Positions 19,539 to 29,552 of a stretch of DNA of 64,000 nucleotides are shown here, piece by piece. Source of the DNA: Oscillospiraceae bacterium (GTDB lineage: Bacteria > Bacillota > Clostridia > Oscillospirales > CAG-272); the NCBI GenBank assembly GCA_015063895.1, contig SVTG01000001.1, forward strand, positions 13,260 to 77,259. Reading direction: 5' to 3'. Made by a program: the position numbers and the translations under genes. The notes below the pieces were generated by a model. That model was not told where the DNA came from. It searched no databases and saw only the letters and a program-made list of their open reading frames with translations. Each line of letters starts with the position of its first letter. Position 1 is the first letter of the stretch.

Positions 19539-20027
19539 TCAGTCGTTAAACGCACCCAAAAACGCGGATTTGGCGGTTTTTGTGTCATTTTGAGATAATA
19601 CGAAATAGGCAACGTATGCCCCCTTTGTCATCACGGTTGCGTTTTGATAACGCCATAAGCGTTCGGTAAGATCGTCAGTCGGATAAAGTGCACAAAGGGA
19701 CCTGAGTGCCTCTTGCTCGCTTTTTAAATAGTCGCGTATGCCGTGCTCCACGTCAGCGGTGGTTGTTCCGTCCGCGGTCTTAAAGATGCCGATTTCTCGT
19801 GTGCCGCTATCGCTCGTGTCAAGCAGCAGCACGTGATCCTCGGTTTTTGTAATAAAATCAAAGGTCGTTTCTAAAAAATCCTCGTCAACGTGTGTGAGCT
19901 GCACGCCGTTTGGCAGGGCATTGCCGACGGCGAGCCCCAGATCCGCGCAGGCAGGCTCTGTCTTGGTTGCCTGACAGCTACTGAGGAGCAGCAAAAGCAA
20001 GCATAATACTAAAATATACTTTTTCAT
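19539..20027 (-). CDS. DUF4358-like lipoprotein
   Basis: 162 aa. Signal peptide plus lipobox MKKYILVLCLLLLLLSSC. Confidence 0.6.
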   Translation of the reverse strand: MKKYILVLCLLLLLLSSCQATKTEPACADLGLAVGNALPNGVQLTHVDEDFLETTFDFITKTEDHVLLLDTSDSGTREIGIFKTADGTTTADVEHGIRDYLKSEQEALRSLCALYPTDDLTERLWRYQNATVMTKGAYVAYFVLSQNDTKTAKSAFLGAFND

Positions 20028-20757
20028 GTTTTCCTCGTGATTTCCTGCTCGTAATTTTTTAAATTTTCAAATATTGCCCCATATGCAGCGGCGCTCAGAT
20101 GAATGCCGTCGGCACTGTAGCAGTATTCCTTTGCCAAAAATCCGTCACTATCCTTTAAAATGCGGTTAGCATCTACAAAAACCAGACCGCGTCTTTCGGC
20201 AACGGCGGCAATCGTTTCGTTGGCCTTATCAACCATCTCGTTGGTGATGGCCGCACTTTCTCGCCCAACGGGAAAGACCGATTGGAGGATCAGTGTGGTG
20301 CTTGGGCTTTTTTCCAAAATGGCGTCAAGCAGCTTTTCGTAATAAAAAGCAAGGCTATCTTGGTCGTTTCGGTAATAATAAACGCCGTAATCAATGCCAA
20401 GTGTGATCACAAGGCGCTGTGGCTTAATGCGTGCCGCCACCTCGGCAATGGTCATCTCCTCATCGCTTTCGGGATAGAGAATACGCTCGTAGGTAATGCG
20501 TGGCCCCAGGTTTAATAACGGCTTTTGGTCATCCAGACGCGCCCGGCAGGCCCCCTGTTTCCAAACGGTGCGCGTGTTGCCATGTGTGCGGTGGTAGAAT
20601 CGCCAAGAAAGGTCAGAGTATCCAAAAAATCAACCGACTCCTGTTTTGGTGTGCGTGCTTCCTCTGCGACCGCTGCTACGGTACCGTTGGCGCAGGCTGT
20701 GCACGTAAAGGGGAGTAAGAGTGAAAAAATGCATAAAAAAATACGGCTGAAGTACAT
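20024..20757 (-). pseudogene. SGNH/GDSL hydrolase interrupted by a -1 frameshift near 20520
   Basis: The N-terminal ORF (20512-20757) has a signal peptide and the FLGDSTT block I motif. The C-terminal ORF (20024-20455) continues in another frame, which stays open up to ~20519 (...PLLNLGPRITYERILYPESDEEMTIAEV...). Confidence 0.7.
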
Positions 20758-20799
20758 AAGAGAACCTCCGTTTGAACTTCAACCGTATTATGTGAATAT

Positions 20800-21264
20800 T
20801 CATTTTTTATATACGCTGGTATATTCTGAGCTTTCGCGCGTCATGTGCTTGATACGGCGATGCATGAAGCCGACAGCGCCCATGATCAGCGCATAAACAA
20901 GCGTCAGTGCCAAAAACAAGATCAGCGCACCCGAGGCCGCGGCATCGGGATTTTTGTTTGGCAAAAACAAGAACAGCCAAACCCCGCCCATGGTAAGTGC
21001 ATAGTGTACGAGCACGGCAAGAAAGCCCGAAAGCACAGCGCGATGCCATAACGTATTTGCCGTAGCAAAGCAAATGCAAAACGGTAACACCAGCATCAGG
21101 GCAACGGGATGCATGGCGCGCGTGATATCGTCACTGATCAGCCAGAACAAAAAGATCAGCAAAAAGGTCGTAACCGTATAATATATGCAAGAAAGGCGTA
21201 AAATATGCGCCACAACGCTTTCCTTTTTCTCGTTTTTTTGCTGTACGTTCTTTTTCTTTGCCAT
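20800..21264 (-). CDS. hypothetical multi-pass membrane protein
   Basis: The MAKKKNVQQK... start is preferred. Four hydrophobic segments. No family recognised. Confidence 0.5.
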   Translation of the reverse strand: MAKKKNVQQKNEKKESVVAHILRLSCIYYTVTTFLLIFLFWLISDDITRAMHPVALMLVLPFCICFATANTLWHRAVLSGFLAVLVHYALTMGGVWLFLFLPNKNPDAAASGALILFLALTLVYALIMGAVGFMHRRIKHMTRESSEYTSVYKK

Positions 21265-21363
21265 TTTTTGACCTCGCTTTGGAAATTCTTTTTTTATTTT
21301 ATCACACCTTACAAAAAAACACAATACTTTTGTGAAAAAATCGCCCCTGCACGTGCGCTTTCA

Positions 21364-21392
21364 TTGACAGAAAAGTAAAAAAGTAGTATAAT
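21364..21392 (+). promoter_or_regulatory. consensus sigma-A type promoter upstream of polA
   Basis: TTGACA (21364-21369), 17-nt spacer, TATAAT (21387-21392). Confidence 0.6.
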
Positions 21393-21430
21393 ATTTTATA
21401 TAGCGATATACCGACGGAGGTCGAGCTTAT

Positions 21431-23947
21431 ATGAAAAAATTTTTGGCAGTTGACGGCAACAGCATTGTAAACCGCGCGTTTTACGGTGTGCGTCCCCTTT
21501 CTAATAAGGAGGGCTTTCCTACCAACGCCCTTTTTGGCATGGTTTCAATTTTAGAAAAGAATATTGAAGCGGTGAAGCCCGATTATTGTGCCATTGCATT
21601 TGATTTAAAGGCACCCACGTTCCGACATAAAATGTACGATGCCTATAAGGCGGGGCGCAGACCCACCCCCGAGGACTTGCTGCGCCAAATGCCCGTCGCA
21701 AAGGAGCTGGCGGCGGCGCTCGGCTTTACCTGCCTTGAAATGGAAGGATATGAGGCTGATGATATTTTAGGAACGGTCGCCACCTTTGCGCCTTCTGAGG
21801 AGTGCGAGGTCTTTGTGCTGACGGGTGACCGCGATGCCTTGCAGCTGATCAGTGACCGTGTGCACGTGCTGCTGGTCACGAATACCGAAACCGTAGATTT
21901 CAGCGCTGCGCACTTTTTTGAAAAGTATGGCGTTGATGCATCGCAGTTTATTGACGTGAAGGCCTTGATGGGCGATAGCTCCGATAATATCCCCGGTGTG
22001 CCCGGTATCGGCGAAAAAACGGCCTTGAAGCTGATTGCCGATTACGGCTCGCTTGACGGTGTTTACGAAGCGCTGCCAACGGCATCGCTCACTCCCTCTG
22101 TGCGCCGTAAGCTTGAAGAGGGGAAGGACAGCGCGTATCTTTCACAAAAGCTGGCTACCATCTACCGCGCGGTGCCCATCGATCGGATGCTGGATACGTA
22201 TGCGTATCAGGGCTTTGCGCACGCAGCACTTTTAAAGCTTTTCACAAAGCTTGAATTTCACGCTTTCATCAAGCGTTTTGGGCTCGGTGAAGCGGCGCCC
22301 GCACCGTCGGCGGTACAAAACGATCTGCCTGTGCCTGTGCTCGGTGTGGCGGAAATGAAGGATTTTGGCAAGACGGTAGCCCTTGATGTGCTTGACGGTG
22401 CGGTGTTTGTATGTAACGGCACGGTGCTGGCACGCATAGAGGATAAGGCGATGCTTGAAGCAATGCTTGCCGACACCGAAACGGAATTTGTCTGCCACGA
22501 TGCTAAAAGTGTGTACCATGCATTGACGGCGCTGGGTATTCGCTGGCGCGGCTGCCATTTTGATACGATGCTGGCGGCCTACGTATTAAACGCCGCCGAA
22601 AACGGATTTGATCTGCCGCGCTTGGCGCTGCAGTATCTCGGGGAGCAGGCGAGTGCTGCGCCGCAGCATTTGTTTACGATCCTCTCACTTAAGGCTGAGC
22701 TTGCCAAGCGCATTGCAGAGCAAAACGCCGAAAAACTGCTTTTTGAGATTGAAATGCCGCTCTGTCAGGTCCTTACCGACATGGAGCAGGTCGGCTTTGC
22801 CGTAGATGCCAAGGGACTTGCTGCTTATGGCGCACAGCTATCCGAGGTGGCAGAGCAGCTTGCCGCGCGTATTTATTTTGCAGCAGGCGAGGAGTTTAAC
22901 ATCAATTCACCGAAGCAGCTTGGAGAAGTGCTGTTTGAAAAATTGCAGCTGCCTCATGGCAAGAAAACCAAAACAGGGTATTCCACCAATGCTGAGGTGC
23001 TGGAAAAATTACGCCACGTTCATCCCATCATCGAGGACATTTTGGATTACCGCCAGGTGACCAAGCTGAACAGCACCTATGCCGAGGGACTGCTGAAGCA
23101 AATGGAAGGGGACGGACGCATCCACACGACCTTCAAGCAGACCGGAACCGCTACAGGCAGACTTTCTTCGGCTGAGCCGAACCTGCAAAACATTCCGATC
23201 CGCACCGAGCTTGGCCGTGAATTAAGGCGCTATTTTATCGCTAAAAACAACAATTATATTTTAATTGATGCAGACTACTCGCAAATCGAGTTGAGATTGC
23301 TGGCATCCATGGCAAATGATCAGGCGATGATCGAGGCCTTTAACAGCGGTGCGGATATTCATGCTTCAACCGCCGCTAAGGTCTTCCGTTTGCCCGAGGC
23401 TGCCGTCACGCCCGAGCTGCGTAAGCGCGCTAAGGCTGTGAATTTCGGTATTCTTTACGGTATGGGCGCGCATAGCCTTTCTGAGGATCTGCATATTTCT
23501 ATGGCACAGGCGCGGGAATATATTGCAAGCTATTTTGCCGCTTATCCCGATATAGACGCATATTTGAAAAACGTGATAGCCGAGGCAAGAGAAGCGGGGT
23601 ACGTGACAACGCTTCTTGGTCGCCGTCGCTATATTCCCGAGCTTTCGGCTACCAATAAAATGCTGCAGCATTTCGGCGAGCGCGTGGCAATGAACAGCCC
23701 GATCCAGGGCACCGCCGCCGATATTATTAAAATTGCGATGCTGCGCACCGATGCGCGCTTGAAGCGCGAGGGGATCGATGCGCGCCTGGTTTTGCAGGTG
23801 CATGACGAGCTGATCATAGAAGCGCACCGCGATGCGACAGAGAAGGCCGAGCAAATTCTCGTTGAGGAAATGGAGGGTGCCGTCAAGCTTGCTGTGGCAC
23901 TTTCCGTCGGCGTTGCAAAGGGGGCTACCTGGTATGACAGCCATTAA
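21431..23947 (+). CDS. polA: DNA polymerase I
   Basis: 838 aa with an N-terminal 5'-3' exonuclease (LAVDGNSIVNRAFYG). Pol A motifs include DYSQIELRLLA and QVHDELI. Confidence 0.95.
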   Translation: MKKFLAVDGNSIVNRAFYGVRPLSNKEGFPTNALFGMVSILEKNIEAVKPDYCAIAFDLKAPTFRHKMYDAYKAGRRPTPEDLLRQMPVAKELAAALGFTCLEMEGYEADDILGTVATFAPSEECEVFVLTGDRDALQLISDRVHVLLVTNTETVDFSAAHFFEKYGVDASQFIDVKALMGDSSDNIPGVPGIGEKTALKLIADYGSLDGVYEALPTASLTPSVRRKLEEGKDSAYLSQKLATIYRAVPIDRMLDTYAYQGFAHAALLKLFTKLEFHAFIKRFGLGEAAPAPSAVQNDLPVPVLGVAEMKDFGKTVALDVLDGAVFVCNGTVLARIEDKAMLEAMLADTETEFVCHDAKSVYHALTALGIRWRGCHFDTMLAAYVLNAAENGFDLPRLALQYLGEQASAAPQHLFTILSLKAELAKRIAEQNAEKLLFEIEMPLCQVLTDMEQVGFAVDAKGLAAYGAQLSEVAEQLAARIYFAAGEEFNINSPKQLGEVLFEKLQLPHGKKTKTGYSTNAEVLEKLRHVHPIIEDILDYRQVTKLNSTYAEGLLKQMEGDGRIHTTFKQTGTATGRLSSAEPNLQNIPIRTELGRELRRYFIAKNNNYILIDADYSQIELRLLASMANDQAMIEAFNSGADIHASTAAKVFRLPEAAVTPELRKRAKAVNFGILYGMGAHSLSEDLHISMAQAREYIASYFAAYPDIDAYLKNVIAEAREAGYVTTLLGRRRYIPELSATNKMLQHFGERVAMNSPIQGTAADIIKIAMLRTDARLKREGIDARLVLQVHDELIIEAHRDATEKAEQILVEEMEGAVKLAVALSVGVAKGATWYDSH

Positions 23948-23962
23948 AAGGAAAGCGGTGTT

Positions 23963-25375
23963 TTGCTTCACGTTTCCTCCTTGCCGGGTGAATATTCAAC
24001 AGGCTCCTTCGGTACGGCGGCCTTTCAGTTCGTTGATTTTCTTGTCAAGGGCGGCTTCTCCTATTGGCAGGTCTTGCCGTTCTGCATTCCCGATGAGTGT
24101 AACTCACCCTATAAGTCCGAAGCATCCTTTGCGGGCAATCCTTATTTTATCGATCTGCCATTGCTGGCTGCCGAGGGTCTTTTGACAAGCGAGGAGCTGG
24201 CTGCCGCACGGCAAAATCAGCCCTTTCTTACCGAAAGTGCGCGTCTTGGTGCCGAGCGCGCTGCGCTTCTACGCCTTGCTGCCTCGCGCGCCGTTAACCG
24301 TGATGAAATTCTTGATTTTGTAAAAGCACACAAACAGGTTGAAAATGCCTGTCGTTTCCTTGCCTTAAAGCGTAAAAACGGTGGCTTGCCATGGCAGGAA
24401 TTTACCGATTTTGAGGTAAACGAGGAGGATTATTTCTATTTTGCCTTTACCCAATTCCATTTCTGGCGTCAGTGGCAAGCGGTGAAATCCTATGCAAACG
24501 CCAAGGGGATCTCCGTGATCGGAGATATTCCGATCTACGTGGCAGCAGACAGCGCCGACGTATTTGGCAACAAGGCGCAGTTTTTACTTGATGAGAAGGG
24601 CAACCCCACCTCGGTTGCAGGTGTGCCGCCCGATTATTTTGCGGCTGACGGTCAGTTGTGGGGCAATCCCTTGTATGATTGGAAAAAAATGAAGGCAGAC
24701 GGTTTTTCCTGGTGGCGTGAGCGACTGGCCTTTATGCTGGAGCTGTTTGACGGTGTGCGTATTGATCACTTCCGCGGCTTTGAGGCCTTTTGGAGCGTGC
24801 CTGCCAGCGCCACAACCGCAAAGGAGGGCAAGTGGGTCAAGGGCCCCGGCATGGCGCTGATCAAAGCGCTTCGTGAGGTCGCAGGGGATAAGCTGATCAT
24901 TGCCGAGGATTTAGGAGATATTACCGAGGCGGTAAAGCGCTTGGTACAAAAAAGCGGCTTTCCGGGTATGCGCGTGTTTCAGTTTGCCTTTCTCGGTGAT
25001 CCTGCCACGCCGCATCTGCCGCATACGTATGAAAATAACTGTGTGGCTTACACGGGTACACACGATAATAACACGCTGCTCGGCTACGTGTGGGAGCTTG
25101 ACGGCGCTACGCGTGCCAAAATGCTCGAATACTGCGGTTATACCGATACAGACTGGGATAACGGCTACGATGCGATCCTGCGCACGATGATGCAGTCGCA
25201 CGCAGGCGTGGTGATCTTTCCCGTGCAGGATCTGCTTGGGTTTGGTGCCGATACGCGTATGAATACTCCCGGCAGGTCGGACGGTAACTGGGAATACCGT
25301 ATGACAAAGGAGCAGCTTTCCCGCCTTGATGCTGCAAAATACCGCCGTTTTAACGAGCTTTACGGCAGAATATGA
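23963..25375 (+). CDS. malQ: 4-alpha-glucanotransferase (amylomaltase)
   Basis: TTG start. LHVSSLPGEYSTGSFG..., ...RIDHFRGF..., ...GTHDNNT... GH77 motifs. Confidence 0.9.
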   Translation: MLHVSSLPGEYSTGSFGTAAFQFVDFLVKGGFSYWQVLPFCIPDECNSPYKSEASFAGNPYFIDLPLLAAEGLLTSEELAAARQNQPFLTESARLGAERAALLRLAASRAVNRDEILDFVKAHKQVENACRFLALKRKNGGLPWQEFTDFEVNEEDYFYFAFTQFHFWRQWQAVKSYANAKGISVIGDIPIYVAADSADVFGNKAQFLLDEKGNPTSVAGVPPDYFAADGQLWGNPLYDWKKMKADGFSWWRERLAFMLELFDGVRIDHFRGFEAFWSVPASATTAKEGKWVKGPGMALIKALREVAGDKLIIAEDLGDITEAVKRLVQKSGFPGMRVFQFAFLGDPATPHLPHTYENNCVAYTGTHDNNTLLGYVWELDGATRAKMLEYCGYTDTDWDNGYDAILRTMMQSHAGVVIFPVQDLLGFGADTRMNTPGRSDGNWEYRMTKEQLSRLDAAKYRRFNELYGRI

Positions 25376-25385
25376 GGAGAAAAAA

Positions 25386-25562
25386 ATGGACGAAAAAAGA
25401 TTTGAGCGCACCTATAAGCAGGGCGTGATGGACGTTGTGGAGATCTGGGTAGACCGTCAGACAGGTGTCAATTACATCTTTCGTCAAAGCGGATATGCGG
25501 GCGGCATCAGCCCCTTGCTTGACCGCGAGGGCAAGCCCGTGATCACACCTATTGTTAAATAA
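25386..25562 (+). CDS. small DUF6440-like protein
   Basis: 58 aa. ATG after GAGGAG. ...DRQTGVNYIFRQSGYAGGISPLLDREGKP... Confidence 0.55.
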   Translation: MDEKRFERTYKQGVMDVVEIWVDRQTGVNYIFRQSGYAGGISPLLDREGKPVITPIVK

Positions 25563-25598
25563 GAAAAGAGCCGATACAGATCTGTATCGGCTCTTTTC
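25563..25598. terminator. bidirectional terminator
   Basis: AAAAGAGCCGATACAG-AT-CTGTATCGGCTCTTTT between convergent genes. Confidence 0.8.
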
Positions 25599-26786
25599 TT
25601 ATACTTCGCTCAAATCGTTCATATTGAGCGTTACGGTTTTTTCGTGCGTATAATGGCGCCCTGCATTGGCGATCAGATAGCGGCTCGGCTCAAACGAGCG
25701 CGTGACCTTAATCGGCTTTTCGCGCCCCTCGACGAAGATCTCCTGCTCGGCGGCAAAGCGCCAATGCGGTGTATTCCACAATACGATCTCGGGTGCAGCG
25801 CACTCGTAAAAGGATATGCTTCCGCCTGCTAATCCGTGATGCGCAGCCTGTAAAACGTCACATTTCAATTCTTTACCGAACAACGCCGCCATTTTTGCGG
25901 TCTGCTCACGCCAGGCATCGGTCGGAAGCAGGGCGATCTTACCGCTATCAAAGTGAAGGCGCAGGCAAAGCGAGGTCTGGTTGATATTGCCAAAGGGCAG
26001 GGGCCAAAAATCCTCCCACGTGCAAAGCACCTCGGCGGTGCAGCCGGGCAGGATAAGGCGCTCGCCGCTATGCGGCGTCCAGCGTGCGGTATTTTTAAAA
26101 TTAGTATCCAAGATCTCGGCCATCTGTGCCTGCCAACGCGGTGAGGAGCCCTTATCGGCGATCAGATCGCCTTGATAATCGGGAAAGTTATAGCCAAACA
26201 GGTCAAGCACGATCTCGTCGTGATAGCGCTTTAAAAATTCCTGGCAAAGATGAATATGGTCGTTGTGCGCGTGCGAGATCACCCAAGCGGCAATGCGCGG
26301 CTTTTCATGGCTTGGCGTGCGGCTTTTTAAAAAGAGAAACAGACGCTCTACCTCCTGGTCGCTCGCAATGCCGCCGTCAAGCATAAAAAAGCTGCCGTCT
26401 GCGAGCTGTACCGCGTGGCTGGCACCTTCAACCGTCAGTCCGATCTGCGTCAGGGTCGGTACCGTAAGGGCGGAGCCCTTTTTTTCTGCTTGTGACGGGA
26501 GATAGGTATAGCGCCCGACACAGATCCGCAGCTCGCGGCAGCTTTGGTAATAGCAAAGATGGATCGCAGTATCGGCTACGGTATACGTGGTGTAATAATT
26601 ATCATTTATTCGACGCGAGGCAAATAAAGCAGCGCCGAAGCTCTTTAAAGCCTCAAGGCAGTTTTGAAATTGCTCATATGCAACGTTTTCATAATAAACC
26701 AAGTAAAGCGCGTGCTTTTCGTTTTGCAACTCGTCATCGGGCTCTTTTGGCTGTAAGGCGTTTTTGAGCATAGACAGGATATGCAT
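25599..26786 (-). CDS. MBL-fold metallo-hydrolase
   Basis: HAHNDH metal motif. ATG at 26786 is preferred because GGGGTGG lies upstream. Confidence 0.65.
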   Translation of the reverse strand: MHILSMLKNALQPKEPDDELQNEKHALYLVYYENVAYEQFQNCLEALKSFGAALFASRRINDNYYTTYTVADTAIHLCYYQSCRELRICVGRYTYLPSQAEKKGSALTVPTLTQIGLTVEGASHAVQLADGSFFMLDGGIASDQEVERLFLFLKSRTPSHEKPRIAAWVISHAHNDHIHLCQEFLKRYHDEIVLDLFGYNFPDYQGDLIADKGSSPRWQAQMAEILDTNFKNTARWTPHSGERLILPGCTAEVLCTWEDFWPLPFGNINQTSLCLRLHFDSGKIALLPTDAWREQTAKMAALFGKELKCDVLQAAHHGLAGGSISFYECAAPEIVLWNTPHWRFAAEQEIFVEGREKPIKVTRSFEPSRYLIANAGRHYTHEKTVTLNMNDLSEV

Positions 26787-26877
26787 TTTTCCACCCCCTT
26801 TTCTTCTATCATAAAACAAATATCTGCAATTTTATAGTATAATTTTGCTTATTTACATCAAAACGTATAAAATATTG

Positions 26878-26907
26878 CCCCACGCGCCGCAAAGGTGGCG
26901 CGTGGGG
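26878..26907 (-). terminator. terminator downstream of radA
   Basis: CCCCACGCGCC-loop-GGCGCGTGGGG: an 11-bp GC-rich stem. Confidence 0.65.
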
Positions 26908-26912
26908 TGATT

Positions 26913-28307
26913 TTAGGTTGATTGCTGTGGGGATAGGAGCTTCAGCACCTCAAATATGCTTTTAATGGGAATGAGTTCAATGTCGGCCTTGATCTCGCGC
27001 TTTTCAAGATTGCGGCAGGGGACTACAGCACGCTTGAAGCCAAGGCGCGCCGCCTCCTTAACACGGTATTCAAGCCCCGATACGGCACGGCATTCACCCG
27101 CCAGCCCCAATTCACCGATGGCAATGAGATCGTCGGGCACAGCACGGTCTGTGAGTGAGGAGATCAGTGCCATCGCCACCGCCACGTCAGAGGCGGGCTC
27201 GTCAAGGCGCAGACCGCCGATGACGTTCAGATAAACGTCGTTTACCGAGAAGCGGAGCCCCAGGCGCTTTTCAAGCACGGCAAGGATCAGGCAAAGGCGA
27301 TTGTAGTCAATGCCGTTTGAGGTGCGGCGAGGGGCAGGGAACGCCGTTGCGCTGACAAGCGCTTGGATCTCGGCGATCAACGGGCGCGTGCCCTCCATCG
27401 TGCAAACGGCACAGTTTCCGGAGGTGTTTTGCGGACGGCCCGACAGTAGCATTTCGGAGGGATTTTGTACCTCGGCCAGTCCTTCGTCGGTCATTTCAAA
27501 TACGCCGATCTCATTGGTTGAGCCGTAGCGGTTTTTGATCGCGCGGATGATACGGTAGGTCTGTTGGCGCTCGCCCTCAAAATAAAGCACGGCGTCAACC
27601 ATGTGCTCTAAGAGCTTAGGGCCCGCAATGCTGCCCTCCTTATTGACGTGACCCACCAGAATCACCGAGATATTGTCGGCCTTGGCCTTATTGATCAGCG
27701 CCAGTGCGCTTTCGCGCACCTGCGTGACCGCCCCTGCGGTGGAGGCAATATTTTCACTGTATATGGTTTGGATCGAGTCAACGATCGCCACGTCGGGCTT
27801 GACGCGGTCAATTTCCTTTAAGATTTTTTCAATGTTGGTTTCGGTTAAGATGGAAAGATTTTCGCCCCGCACACCAAGACGCTCGGCGCGCAGCTTCAGC
27901 TGTCCGCTTGATTCCTCTCCCGAAATATAAAGCACGCGACGGTGCGCGCCCAAAATATCGGAGATCTGCATCAAAAGCGTTGATTTACCGATGCCGGGTT
28001 CACCCGAAAGCAACACCACGGACCCGAGCACCAGGCCGCCGCCCAGTACGCGATCAAGCTCGCAAAGACCGGTGGCTGTGCGGATATAGGAGGGCATTTC
28101 AAGCTCCTGATAGGGCGTTGCCTGCTGCTCACCCGTGCGCGCGGTCAGCGCGTGACGCGCGGCTGCCGCCGAGGGCTCCTTGGCCTCAAGTGCGATCACG
28201 TCCTCCACAAAGCTGTTCCACGCACCGCAGGCAGGGCATTTTCCAAGCCATTTGGGGGATCTGTGATTGCATTCCGAGCAAATGTAAACGGTTTTTAAGC
28301 CTTTCAT
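26913..28307 (-). CDS. radA: DNA repair protein RadA
   Basis: N-terminal zinc finger CSECNHRSPKWLGKCPACGAWNSF, Walker A GEPGIGKST, KNRYG motif and a Lon-like C-terminus. Confidence 0.95.
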   Translation of the reverse strand: MKGLKTVYICSECNHRSPKWLGKCPACGAWNSFVEDVIALEAKEPSAAAARHALTARTGEQQATPYQELEMPSYIRTATGLCELDRVLGGGLVLGSVVLLSGEPGIGKSTLLMQISDILGAHRRVLYISGEESSGQLKLRAERLGVRGENLSILTETNIEKILKEIDRVKPDVAIVDSIQTIYSENIASTAGAVTQVRESALALINKAKADNISVILVGHVNKEGSIAGPKLLEHMVDAVLYFEGERQQTYRIIRAIKNRYGSTNEIGVFEMTDEGLAEVQNPSEMLLSGRPQNTSGNCAVCTMEGTRPLIAEIQALVSATAFPAPRRTSNGIDYNRLCLILAVLEKRLGLRFSVNDVYLNVIGGLRLDEPASDVAVAMALISSLTDRAVPDDLIAIGELGLAGECRAVSGLEYRVKEAARLGFKRAVVPCRNLEKREIKADIELIPIKSIFEVLKLLSPQQST

Positions 28308-28389
28308 AACACGTCCGTTCCGTCATCTGTGATGACACTATACTATATCTTTAGTATATCATAATTTATGGCATCGTGCAAGTGCCGCG

Positions 28390-29097
28390 TTATATTTTTT
28401 TAAACCTCATCAAAGCCCCCGCCAGCACCAGTGCCAGCCTTTTTTGCGCCTGCTCGCTTTCAAGCGTGGCGCATTCCAAAGGATTTGAAAGAAAGCCGCA
28501 TTCGATCAAAACGGCAGGGCAGTCAAGATGGCGTAAAATATAAATGCTGCCCGTTGCCGCCTTTGTCTTGCGATGATTGTCGTTTTGCAGCTGCTCACGC
28601 ACGTCGTTTTGCAGCATATCGGCAAGCACCTTGGAGCTTTGGTGGTTTTGCGAGTACCATACCTGTAAGCCGTGGTATTTCTCCTCGGGAAAGGCGTTCA
28701 TGTGAATGCTGACAAAAATCGCATTTTCATATTTTTTGGCAAGCGCTACACGGTTTTCAAGATCCGATTGCTTCACGTGCCCCTTCTTGGCATCGGGAGA
28801 GGCCAGGGAAATATCGGCTGTGCGCGTTTCGATCACGGTGGCACCAAGCAAGCGGCAAAAGCTTGCAAGGTGTGCGGCGATCGCCAGATTCAGATCCTTT
28901 TCAAGCACGCCGCTTTTGCCCGTCGTCCCACCGTCAATGCCGCCGTGACCCGCATCAATGATAATCACAACGTCGCTTGGATCTGCGATCGTTACGGTCG
29001 GTGCCGTGGCGGTAAAGAATCGGGCAAGGGAGGGTGCCAGCAGGGAAAAGCATAAAAACAGTGCCAAAAACAAGCTCCATAATTTTTTAAAAGACAT
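28390..29097 (-). CDS. cwlD: N-acetylmuramoyl-L-alanine amidase, CwlD-like
   Basis: 235 aa with a signal/anchor segment. IIIDAGHGGIDGG and ...SIHMNAF... Amidase_3 motifs. Size and architecture match the germination-specific amidase. Confidence 0.7.
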   Translation of the reverse strand: MSFKKLWSLFLALFLCFSLLAPSLARFFTATAPTVTIADPSDVVIIIDAGHGGIDGGTTGKSGVLEKDLNLAIAAHLASFCRLLGATVIETRTADISLASPDAKKGHVKQSDLENRVALAKKYENAIFVSIHMNAFPEEKYHGLQVWYSQNHQSSKVLADMLQNDVREQLQNDNHRKTKAATGSIYILRHLDCPAVLIECGFLSNPLECATLESEQAQKRLALVLAGALMRFKKI

Positions 29098-29194
29098 AAA
29101 CTCACCTCAATTAAATATAGGTGTATGCCGCAAAGATTATGCCAACGAAAAAAGCACCCACGCTATGCGTGTTATCCTTAACGGAGAACACGCA

Positions 29195-29370
29195 GCGATA
29201 TAAATCCCTTGCGGGATTGCGATATTCCCTTGCGGGAGCGATATAAGGTTACGCCTTGCGATATGCCCTCTTGGGCGTGAGGGGATTTATATCATATCGC
29301 ATTGGAGCGAAGCGACAATATATCGCACGAGCAAAGCGAGTATATCGCGTTTGCATAGCAAACATATCGC
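29195..29370. repeat. array of eight GCGATAT/ATATCGC boxes (4 + 4 inverted) separated by mini-palindromes, copy 1
   Basis: GCGATAT at 29195, 29219, 29238, 29258. ATATCGC at 29294, 29320, 29342, 29364. The centre is GGATTTATATCATATCGC. Confidence 0.85.
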
Positions 29371-29376
29371 CAAGCA

Positions 29377-29421
29377 GAAAAAAGAGATAACATTTCGGCT
29401 ACGAACCGATTTGTTATCTCT
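29377..29421 (-). terminator. rho-independent terminator downstream of acpP
   Basis: On the minus strand: AGAGATAACAAATCGG-TTCGTAG-CCGAAATGTTATCTCT followed by TTTTTT. Confidence 0.75.
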
Positions 29422-29552
29422 TTCTGTCGTTATAAGGGTTTGGGCTTAGCCTATAATGCATTTGACCCGTCAATGCGATGCTCGCACTTAGCAGTATTTT
29501 TCAATTTCTCCGCTAAGAACATCACCCATAAGGCGCGGGTGCTTTTCATGCT

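Noticed and set aside
29454-29552. 32-codon minus-strand ORF immediately after acpP (MKSTRALWVMFLAEKLKNTAKCEHRIDGSNAL)
   Set aside because: No Shine-Dalgarno, no recognisable family and a very short length. It is probably a non-coding spacer before the acpP terminator.
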